The position numbers and the translations under genes are program-made. The notes under the pieces are model-generated. The model was not told the DNA's origin. It saw only the letters and a program-made list of their open reading frames with translations, and made no database searches. Positions 56,482-64,000 of a stretch of 64,000 nucleotides of DNA are shown in pieces; the stretch's first letter is position 1; each line of letters begins with the position of its first letter. The DNA is from a virus: the IMG/VR virus record IMGVR_UViG_3300009165_000006. The stretch is one strand, 5' to 3'.

Positions 56482-56790
56482 GGATTGACATAGTATTGAA
56501 GCTTGAGCACTGTTCCGCATTGTATGGAACCCAAGAAACTCCGGCAATACGGTAAGGTAATTAACTTCAACCCTATTATAATGGGCTACCCAATCCGTTC
56601 GGTTGCTCCTGCCAAGGGACTTCGTTCAGGTCCCCACCGGGATGGGGACCTGAACAGTGCTCTAGCTATACAGTCTCCTCAGGCACCTCCAACTTCAATG
56701 GTACGAGTAAGTCGATACCAAAGGGTCTTGAATCGGGGGAAATGGTTAATCTAGTGACATCAGAACCGAGAGCAGTGAACGGGACAACCC

Positions 56791-57069
56791 ATGAGTCAGC
56801 GTAGGTTGGAAGTAAAGGTCCTCCCCGCGAATGGGTCAAGTCCTGAGGTTGTCGAGATCCCACTAGACAATCCGTCAGCCAGCAAGCTCAACTTGTTCGT
56901 CTTTCGACGCCCGACCTCTATGGGCGAACGGGACATCGAAGAGCTCGTTCAGATCTCAACTCAGGTATCTGGGCATCCAGGTGCTGCGATAATTCTCGGA
57001 GAAGAAGACAAGTTTGAAGTGTATGAAGTAGAGATCCCAACCCGGTACGAAAGAAAGCCGGTCATCTAG
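56791..57069 (+). CDS. hypothetical protein (92 aa)
   Basis: ORF track. Confidence 0.3.
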   Translation: MSQRRLEVKVLPANGSSPEVVEIPLDNPSASKLNLFVFRRPTSMGERDIEELVQISTQVSGHPGAAIILGEEDKFEVYEVEIPTRYERKPVI

Positions 57070-57088
57070 TTTCGGTGTACTTGATTGA

Positions 57089-57727
57089 ATGCGACCGCGC
57101 TACGGAGATTGGGTGCAAACCCTGACAGGACATAGATTCTATGTCCTAGACCCAGAACCAGAGGACATACAAATCGCAGATATCTCTGGTTCCTTGGGGA
57201 AAATCTGCCGATTCAACGGGCACCCCCGAATCCCATACTATGTCGGCCAACATTGTGTCTTGGGCTCTCACGTTGTCGAGGAGCAGACTCACAACTTGAT
57301 CCTAGCCTTGGCGTTTCTCCTTCATGACTCGGGAGAAGCCTATTTGATGGACATGGTCCGTCCGTTGAAAGTGATGCCTGAGTTGGAAGCCTACCGTTTG
57401 GCTTCCAAGAGACTGGATAGGGTGATCGAGAAGCGGTTCAACTTACCAGAGGGGATCCTGGACCACCAAGTCATCAAGGAAACGGACAATCGAATGCTCT
57501 TCACTGAGAAGAGAGACCTGCTCGTTGCTCTTCAGTGGGATCAATCAGCCCAACCTTACGACTTCAAGATCAAACCTTGGAGCTGGCAGAAAGCTCAGAA
57601 GAGGTACTTGTTTCGATATCACGAGTTGTGCCTAAGGCTTGATGGTTATCCAGAGATGGCTACCAAAGCACTCTCCTTGACTCGATTGCTACCAGTTGTC
57701 GGCAAGTTCTCGACTAGAGAACGGTAG
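57089..57727 (+). CDS. HD-domain phosphohydrolase, YfbR-like 5'-deoxynucleotidase family
   Basis: GQHCVLGSHVV (His) and LAFLLHDSGEAYLMDMVRPLK (HD...E..D...P.K) parallel YfbR HSLQVAMVAH / [21 protein letters not shown]. Confidence 0.6.
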   Translation: MRPRYGDWVQTLTGHRFYVLDPEPEDIQIADISGSLGKICRFNGHPRIPYYVGQHCVLGSHVVEEQTHNLILALAFLLHDSGEAYLMDMVRPLKVMPELEAYRLASKRLDRVIEKRFNLPEGILDHQVIKETDNRMLFTEKRDLLVALQWDQSAQPYDFKIKPWSWQKAQKRYLFRYHELCLRLDGYPEMATKALSLTRLLPVVGKFSTRER

Positions 57728-58088
57728 CCACTCCATCGTCCACAGGATGATCACTTAGCACCAGCTTGATGGTGGAGACCAGCTCGGTCAAGTGAAAGGG
57801 CTTGGACAGAAAGTAAGGAAAACCCTCAAGATCCGGCCATCCTGAGACCACGATGAACCTGTCCTTCAGCTGGAGGTCTTTATCGACGAGCCATTGATAC
57901 AATTCCGTTGCTGTACCGGCACCCAACTTGAAGTCAGCCACGATTACTTCGACTAATCCCGTAGCTATGATACGCTTAGCCCCCTCTACGGAGTCAGTCT
58001 CCTCAACAATGTAGTTTTCGGCTTTCAGAAAAGTCCGTATCAGCTTCCTGAGAGCAGACTCATCCTCCACCAGCAAAACGCGGTTCAT
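57714..58088 (-). CDS. stand-alone response-regulator receiver (CheY-like REC) domain protein
   Basis: VLLVEDE acidic pocket, VIVADFKLG phospho-acceptor Asp, VVSGW, SKPF lysine motif. 124 aa. Confidence 0.75.
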   Translation of the reverse strand: MNRVLLVEDESALRKLIRTFLKAENYIVEETDSVEGAKRIIATGLVEVIVADFKLGAGTATELYQWLVDKDLQLKDRFIVVSGWPDLEGFPYFLSKPFHLTELVSTIKLVLSDHPVDDGVATVL

Positions 58089-58122
58089 TCCTTACCTATT
58101 CAAAAGTAGAATCCTACGTGCC

Positions 58123-59478
58123 ATGAAAGTCCCTGAAAGAGTCCGTTTTATCTGCAGTATCTTGAATCAAGCAGGCTTTGAAGCCTGGGTTGTTGGTGGC
58201 GCAGTGCGCGACTCTATACTTGGCCGAGAAGCTCACGACTTCGATGTGGCCACTAATGCTCTCCCTGATAGAGTCGTCAGGCTGTTCAGTCGTGTCATTG
58301 AGACCGGTATCCAACATGGAACGGTCACGGTCATGATTGAAAACGAGGGCTTCGAGGTCACCACCTTCCGTGGTGAAGGTACCTACTCGGATGGGCGCCA
58401 CCCAGATAGTGTCAGGTTCTTGGACTCTATCATCGAGGACTTGGCTCGTCGAGACTTCACAATGAATGCGGTCGCGTACGACCCCTTGACAGGGAAGTTC
58501 TGTGACCCCTTCGGTGGGGTGCAGGATATCGAATGCATGCTCATCCGAGCTGTAGGATCTCCTGAAGAAAGATTCCAAGAAGACGGCTTGAGAGTCATGC
58601 GAGCTATTCGTTTCATGAGTACTCTGGGATTCTCCATTGAACCACGTACTCTCGAAGGTATGGCGAAGATTGATTCCCTAGCCTCCCTAGCCAAGGTCAG
58701 CGTTGAACGGGTCAGGGACGAGCTCTTTAGGATCATGGGCTCGAAAGCACCCTCTCGTTCAATGAATGCCATAGTTCATACCGGAGTCTTGGACGTGATC
58801 CTACTAGAGATGCGCCCGATGGTTGGGTGTACTCAAAATCGGTACCATTCCTACGACGTTTGGACCCACACGATGGTTACTCTCGACCATTGTCCGGATG
58901 ACAACCCTATCCTCAGGTTTGGGGCTCTCTTTCACGATATCGCAAAGCCCGAGGTGAAAGGGGTTCACCCAGTCCATGGGGATGCCACTTTCTACGATCA
59001 TGAGCTGGTGGGGGCAAAGAAGACCGATGAGATCTTGACTCGGTTGAGGTTCTCAACCGAAGATCGGGAGAAGATTGTTCACTTGGTTGAGCACCACTTC
59101 ATCCGGTACGAACACGAGTGGTCGAATTCAGCGCTTCGTCGTTGGGTTCGGAAGGTTGGATTGGAGAGCGTCCCCACTTTCTGCACTCTCGCCCGGGCGG
59201 ACATCGCCGGGAAAGGGCCTATAGCCACAGTTGAATCCGAGAATTCAGTCATTGATGACCTGGAGAATCGGGTATCCAGACTGCAATTGACCGAAGTGAT
59301 CCCAACGTCAATCAAGGTGCTTGCCATCGACGGGAACGACGTGATGGCTCACTTGGGTATAGGACCAGGCCCTAGGATAGGAAGAGTGCTAGAAAGCCTT
59401 CTAGACGCCGTAACGGAGGACCCAGAACTCAACACCCGGGAGAAGCTCTTGGAGCTTGCCAGGGAAGTTCAAGTGTGA
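58123..59478 (+). CDS. cca: CCA-adding tRNA nucleotidyltransferase (class II) with HD domain
   Basis: WVVGGAVRDSILGREAHDFDVAT (GGxVRD...DxD), RDFTMNA, and HD domain HSYDVWTHT...LFHDIAKP. 451 aa. Confidence 0.85.
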   Translation: MKVPERVRFICSILNQAGFEAWVVGGAVRDSILGREAHDFDVATNALPDRVVRLFSRVIETGIQHGTVTVMIENEGFEVTTFRGEGTYSDGRHPDSVRFLDSIIEDLARRDFTMNAVAYDPLTGKFCDPFGGVQDIECMLIRAVGSPEERFQEDGLRVMRAIRFMSTLGFSIEPRTLEGMAKIDSLASLAKVSVERVRDELFRIMGSKAPSRSMNAIVHTGVLDVILLEMRPMVGCTQNRYHSYDVWTHTMVTLDHCPDDNPILRFGALFHDIAKPEVKGVHPVHGDATFYDHELVGAKKTDEILTRLRFSTEDREKIVHLVEHHFIRYEHEWSNSALRRWVRKVGLESVPTFCTLARADIAGKGPIATVESENSVIDDLENRVSRLQLTEVIPTSIKVLAIDGNDVMAHLGIGPGPRIGRVLESLLDAVTEDPELNTREKLLELAREVQV

Positions 59479-59656
59479 GAAAAAGTGCAAAACGAGATGC
59501 TACTAGTACTCGGCTTGTCCTTCTTGGCTATACTCGTAATAACCACGGTCATCATCACGCTAATCGTGGTCAACCTCCGTGACTGAAAAAACCGCGGATA
59601 CAGCTGAAAGAGCTGCAGGCCGAAACGAAATCAGTGTGAACAGTTCGTATGTAGCC

Positions 59657-59697
59657 TTAAAAAGCGAGACCCCAAGTCGGAGGAAATGGGGTCTCGC
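59657..59697 (-). terminator. rho-independent terminator for the minus-strand gene 59766-60089
   Basis: 11-bp perfect stem GCGAGACCCCA/TGGGGTCTCGC with a 12-nt loop, followed on the minus strand by TTTTT. Confidence 0.65.
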
Positions 59698-59765
59698 CGA
59701 AGAACGGCATCAAATGGCAATTTACGATGAGCAACAATACATCATTGATCCCCAATAAAAGGATT

Positions 59766-60089
59766 CTACATTTCTCGGGGGCACGGGATCCCAGTTGCCA
59801 TTCTACCCGCTAGGTACTCTCTTTCGGCTTCTTCTACCTCTTCTGGCAAAAGCTCTCCCCCAAAAGTACTGTTCATGATGTCCTTGACTTTCATGTCTTC
59901 TGGGAGCAAGTCCTCAAGACAGAACAGTCCCTTAGTGGCTTCTCCGTTGTCGCCTTCGATATTGGACTCAACAAACAGATGCGGGTAGCCCTCGTTGTCA
60001 ATAACGAGTTGCCACTTGCCACTCTTGGGACGAATTACGCCTTGTGCCTGAGGATCACGGTCATAACGACCGACGATTATGTCTTCCAC
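59766..60089 (-). CDS. hypothetical protein (107 aa)
   Basis: ORF track. Confidence 0.35.
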   Translation of the reverse strand: MEDIIVGRYDRDPQAQGVIRPKSGKWQLVIDNEGYPHLFVESNIEGDNGEATKGLFCLEDLLPEDMKVKDIMNSTFGGELLPEEVEEAEREYLAGRMATGIPCPREM

Positions 60090-60180
60090 GTCAATACCCT
60101 TTCGAGCTCCTCACGGAGCGGTTAGGGCCAGTGGTCATCCCCCATTGGCTCCCCAAGCCTAAGACACCAAGAACGGGAGG

Positions 60181-62007
60181 TCAAGAAAATTCTTGCAGGT
60201 ACCTTTGAGCCACTAAAGTCACGAGGTCGTCCATCGACGAGAAGACGGATCTGAAGGATTCAAGCTGATCTCGATCCATGTCCATCTCCAACACGTAGTG
60301 AGTGAAAGCTTCAGCGAAAGCCTCATCTATATTGGCTCCCCCATACTCGGAAACTGGGGCGACAGGGCGAGTATCCTCTCTGAATCTTCGATCCCAATCC
60401 TCTACGACTCTCTTCCCCTTAGTATTCTCGTACTCGTTGGTTGCCTCAACCGCAATCGTCACATAATGGTGCGCAGCCTTAACCGTACGATTGATCAAAT
60501 CTAGCGTCTTGTCTAGCCACTTACCTCGCTCGACTCGGAACACTTGATTGAAGTCAGTTCCATCTGGGTACTTGTTCACAGTGCTATTCAAGACTTCACT
60601 CATATTCGCACAAGTGGTGTGCACCTCAGCAACCAGATCTAAGACATCTAGTAGGGCTTTCCTGACTGTCTGATTAACTGGCGAGTCAGCGCTTGAAGAA
60701 TGAACCGCTGTGATCATTTCATTCTTGAAATCCCAGGCCGTATCGTTGATTGGTCGGGAGAAAGCATCCAAGATCTTCATGTACCAACGAAGCTTTGACT
60801 TGCGGAATAGTTCCAACTTCTGCTTGATAGGCTCGGCTACACTGTCAATCTTAGCCTGAGCTGCTTGTACCTTCTCTTCTGGGATTGTGTAGGTTGGGAT
60901 GTCACTCTCTGAAGGGCGAATTGCGGTTGGTCTTACCTTTATCAGACTGTTGAATTTGGCTCTCTGAGTTGAGGTCATCTGTTTGAACCAATAGCGATGA
61001 CCGAGTTCATGAACTAGAAGCTTCACAATAAACTTACCAGGCTTCGAGTAGCAGTTGATGGTATCTGGTCCGATTCGGTAATCCCCACCGGTCTCACCTG
61101 ATAGTGAGTTAGGATTTACTCCTCCACAATTATGGCACCTAACAAAGAACGTGCCATACCAAGCTTTCCCGAACCCCTTGGTTTTCATTCTCGTGTGAGC
61201 TTCGTCTATGTATTTGACATAATCCTCGGTGTCCATCTCAGTTACGGTTGAATCGTCAATGACGACCTTCATCCTGTACATGTCAAATTCACGAAAGATA
61301 TTACTATTCTGAACCGCTTGCTCAGTGTAGTTGGACTTCAGTACTTCACAGACCCAATCGAACCACTTGATGGGGTTGAAGTTGTCGATCCTAATTCGCT
61401 TGACGGTCTTGAGTGCTTCACGCTTGAACCCAACAGCAGCTAGAAAGGCGGTGACAACCCTGAAGTTCCGATCAATATCAGCGTCCACTAGAGCTTTAAT
61501 TTGGGTTGGAGTAGCCTTATTGATGGTTTGTTGCACGAGGCGCTCTATGGCAGCCTCATCAATGACCCAACCCCAAGTAAAAAACCCCCCAAAGGTTTTT
61601 GTTGTACTTGCAATCTTTTCTCGGATCTCTACGGCTGCCCGCCATGTTAGGTACTGTGTTGGATCACTAATGTCAACGTAATTTCCGTACCTTCCAACTG
61701 CGTCTAACGATTCCGTGATTACCTCCAGTTTGTCCTGGGCTTCCTTAACCCTACGATGAACAGACTCTAGGGCTGGTTCGAATGTAACCATGCTCTTGAA
61801 GTCTTTTTCAAATTTCGTTAGGAAACCCCCAACCTTGTCATCCAACAAGTGAGCCCACCACTTAGATTGATGGCCTTCAATTGGGGTCTTCAAGATAGCT
61901 ACGAGTTCCGCCCTCTTCGCTTTGAACCACTTGTCTGGGATGAAAGTAGCAACAATCCCTCTCTGGAAGCGGGCAGCTACTCGAAGGATGATAAGATCTT
62001 CTCGCAT
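60181..62007 (-). CDS. large hypothetical protein with HExxH zinc-metallopeptidase motif (608 aa)
   Basis: KLLVHELGHRYWF; CHNCGG upstream of the motif. Confidence 0.45.
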   Translation of the reverse strand: MREDLIILRVAARFQRGIVATFIPDKWFKAKRAELVAILKTPIEGHQSKWWAHLLDDKVGGFLTKFEKDFKSMVTFEPALESVHRRVKEAQDKLEVITESLDAVGRYGNYVDISDPTQYLTWRAAVEIREKIASTTKTFGGFFTWGWVIDEAAIERLVQQTINKATPTQIKALVDADIDRNFRVVTAFLAAVGFKREALKTVKRIRIDNFNPIKWFDWVCEVLKSNYTEQAVQNSNIFREFDMYRMKVVIDDSTVTEMDTEDYVKYIDEAHTRMKTKGFGKAWYGTFFVRCHNCGGVNPNSLSGETGGDYRIGPDTINCYSKPGKFIVKLLVHELGHRYWFKQMTSTQRAKFNSLIKVRPTAIRPSESDIPTYTIPEEKVQAAQAKIDSVAEPIKQKLELFRKSKLRWYMKILDAFSRPINDTAWDFKNEMITAVHSSSADSPVNQTVRKALLDVLDLVAEVHTTCANMSEVLNSTVNKYPDGTDFNQVFRVERGKWLDKTLDLINRTVKAAHHYVTIAVEATNEYENTKGKRVVEDWDRRFREDTRPVAPVSEYGGANIDEAFAEAFTHYVLEMDMDRDQLESFRSVFSSMDDLVTLVAQRYLQEFS

Positions 62008-62058
62008 CTTACGTAAGCGGGCCCAACAAGAGAAAACCGCTCGGTGTACTAACCCTTT

Positions 62059-62430
62059 GTGAAACCAGGTGATAATCTCGACGGGCCAGTACCTTACGTA
62101 GTGTGTGCGACTCTCAATGACTTGGACCAGTTTGTTACGATCCCCAAGTTCATTGTCGATGGGGTAGTCAAAGCTTCTGGGTTGACACCATGGTGGCCCC
62201 TAGGAGTGTTCGTCATCTTCACGGATGAGGGGGCTACTGTCTGCGTCTACGGGCATGACGAGAATCTGGTCTTCGGCTTCAGACGCAACACCATCCCTCT
62301 TAGCGACGATGAGTCCAAGAATCCACCGATCGGAGAAGCTGTTCTGAAAATGTGGAAGGAACTCCGGAGCACACCTGAGTCCGTCCTATCGGAAAACCTC
62401 AACAAATTGAGGTCCAAAAGTGACACATGA
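62059..62430 (+). CDS. hypothetical protein (123 aa)
   Basis: ORF track. Confidence 0.3.
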   Translation: MKPGDNLDGPVPYVVCATLNDLDQFVTIPKFIVDGVVKASGLTPWWPLGVFVIFTDEGATVCVYGHDENLVFGFRRNTIPLSDDESKNPPIGEAVLKMWKELRSTPESVLSENLNKLRSKSDT

Positions 62431-63038
62431 TCACCTTCGACGATATCACACCTCTACCATTAGCCGGCCAGTACTGGGCAAATTTACTCGAATTATCTCT
62501 CATGCGAGTAATAGAGGGATACCCAAATCCGCTTGCATACGCATTCACACAATGGTGTCTAGGTCAAGAATCCGAAACTCTGTACAGTTTTATCCCACCA
62601 TTAAATAGGGAGTTTAAGCTACTGCGCTGGTCCTACCCCTACAGTGATGAGCGAATCTCCAATGATCTGGGATACAAGTTCAAATCTCGCATGGGCGACA
62701 TTCTAGAGCTCTCATCTGGGCTCCTAGCATTTGTCGTGATAGTTGATGAGGCAGTCTTTCTCTACACGGATGAGCAATTGCCTCTTGCAATTGACTATGT
62801 TGAACCGTCAGTTTACACTGTAGTTCAACGGGGTCCTGGTCCTCTTGAGGCCGCACCTCCCCCAAAGAAACCCCCCTACCTCAATCGTTACGAGAGAGTC
62901 CTCAATGCGATGTCCAATCGATCGATGCCACGACCTGAGGATCCTCTACGAAAAACAGACTTACCGTTCTATGACTCTCAGAATCATAGAACGGTTTTCA
63001 CAAACGCCAACCTAGTAGGGAGATGGCGACACCTCTAG
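62427..63038 (+). CDS. hypothetical protein (203 aa)
   Basis: ORF track; ATGA overlap with the upstream ORF. Confidence 0.35.
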   Translation: MITFDDITPLPLAGQYWANLLELSLMRVIEGYPNPLAYAFTQWCLGQESETLYSFIPPLNREFKLLRWSYPYSDERISNDLGYKFKSRMGDILELSSGLLAFVVIVDEAVFLYTDEQLPLAIDYVEPSVYTVVQRGPGPLEAAPPPKKPPYLNRYERVLNAMSNRSMPRPEDPLRKTDLPFYDSQNHRTVFTNANLVGRWRHL

Positions 63039-63092
63039 TTAAGCCCTTTACAAGAAGGCCTACCTTGCTCAAAAGACGGGAAATCGAGTGCT

Positions 63093-63518
63093 TCAGCTAG
63101 AGGTCTTGGTTGGTAGCTTGATGTCGAAGTGATCGAGTAGTGCTTGGGACATTTCTTTCAGCTCTCGCACACAGGCATGCAAGCACTTCAACTCATTAGC
63201 GACGGAGTTGCTCTCATTCTCGTGTACTGCTGCAGACCCCTCGAAACGAGATATGGCAGTGTCCAATTTAGCCTGAACAATGCCCAATTGCTCGTGTACT
63301 TGCTGTTGCGACTCGTGAACTTCCTCGACTTTCTTGCCGTACCATACAGCTTGGACCAAAGCCGATTCTCCGATATCACTCAGGGTCAACAAACCTTGGG
63401 TGATGGTCTCCGGATCCAAGGGGTTTTCGTTGAATCGGTCTCTCCATTCCCGTAGGCTCGAGAGCACTACTACTTCCGATTGCACTCTTTCACTAGATCT
63501 CGTTTGATTTTCACCCAT
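63093..63518 (-). CDS. coiled-coil protein (141 aa)
   Basis: ORF track. Confidence 0.3.
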   Translation of the reverse strand: MGENQTRSSERVQSEVVVLSSLREWRDRFNENPLDPETITQGLLTLSDIGESALVQAVWYGKKVEEVHESQQQVHEQLGIVQAKLDTAISRFEGSAAVHENESNSVANELKCLHACVRELKEMSQALLDHFDIKLPTKTSS

Positions 63519-63618
63519 TGGACTAACTCCAGAAGCTTTTACCTAAGCTAGGGGAACCCATCAGGCATTTAATCACTAGACTTATAATCGCTAAGACCCC
63601 CTGAGCCCCAAAAAGCTC

Positions 63619-63897
63619 TTAAACTGGAATGCAGCAACAATTGGAGGTTTGGAGGGGTTGAGGTAGTACAAGCACCGATTCAAAAACTATCCTTGTGTGA
63701 TACCCAGCAGGCAAACCAAGTATGGGGGTAAGGTCCTTGGGGAAGACCCCTAGAGAGATAGTTCGGTAAGCAGGCTCTACAGTCCACCCAATACTGTCAG
63801 AGTACCAAAGAGCGGCGCCAGGCCCCTCCGCTACCAGGCTGACATAGTGACCGCTTCTCGGAGTTCCCATAACTAAGACTTCCAAAAGGACTTCCAA
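63619..63897 (-). CDS. hypothetical protein (92 aa)
   Basis: ORF track. Confidence 0.25.
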   Translation of the reverse strand: MEVLLEVLVMGTPRSGHYVSLVAEGPGAALWYSDSIGWTVEPAYRTISLGVFPKDLTPILGLPAGYHTRIVFESVLVLPQPLQTSNCCCIPV

Positions 63898-64000
63898 CGG
63901 TGTAGTTAGGCCCCATGATCAGAGAAACGCTAACTAGCGTGGAAAGGCTCAGAATCCTCACCGGTCCAATGTTCTCCGACAAGACGGAAACGTTGATTCA

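Noticed and set aside
1-64000. tRNA genes, rRNA genes, integrase/att sites, cas1/cas2/cas4
   Set aside because: Scanning by eye found no cloverleaf-like sequences with a GTTCGAATC-type T-loop, no integrase motifs and no adaptation genes. Absence is not proven without tRNAscan or HMM searches.

Overview
ORFan-rich, gene-dense 64-kb segment (about 50% GC, genes on both strands, frequent ATGA/GTGA/TAATG start-stop overlaps) that looks like part of a large phage or other big mobile element of a bacterium. Bacterial signals are present: SD-like sites on some genes, a type IV prepilin-like gene and rho-independent terminators. Two things stand out. (1) At the left edge, a Cas12/TnpB-family RuvC nuclease gene (5' end outside the window) is followed 33 nt downstream by a five-repeat, four-spacer CRISPR array with 37-nt repeats ending in a CCCAA-UUCG-UUGGG hairpin. 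No cas1/cas2/cas4 is visible, and the array abuts a 5'-truncated ABC-ATPase pseudogene. This is a compact type V-like locus. (2) At 50.3-55.7 kb there is a tightly coupled, array-less operon. It encodes two proteins with RAMP-type glycine-rich loops (Cas6-like and Cas5-like), a CxxCxGxG cysteine-rich large protein, an overlapping small helical protein with its own SD+GTG start (Cas11-like arrangement), and a Cas7-like candidate. It ends in a B12-binding radical-SAM enzyme, in the position where type I/IV systems carry Cas3/DinG/CysH. This resembles a type IV-B-like effector cassette with a novel ancillary enzyme. Other supported features: a canonical TnpB (IS605/IS1341-type) element; an E1-like ThiF/MoeB gene flanked by a duplicated zinc-ribbon gene module; an Rnl2-family RNA ligase plus a CCA-adding enzyme (HD domain) and a YfbR-like HD hydrolase, which together could form a tRNA-repair toolkit; an ADP-ribosylglycohydrolase divergent from a nucleoside-hydrolase-like gene; a major-vault-protein-like 850-aa ORF; and a four-unit tandem paralog array with frame disruptions. 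At least eight genes share a precisely spaced promoter-like element, TTGAR-N14-YGCGTAATA-N6-ATG, which implies leaderless transcripts. Most ORFs are hypothetical. All domain calls rest on motifs read by eye and need HMM or structure confirmation. Several apparent frameshifts may be assembly errors or real pseudogenes.
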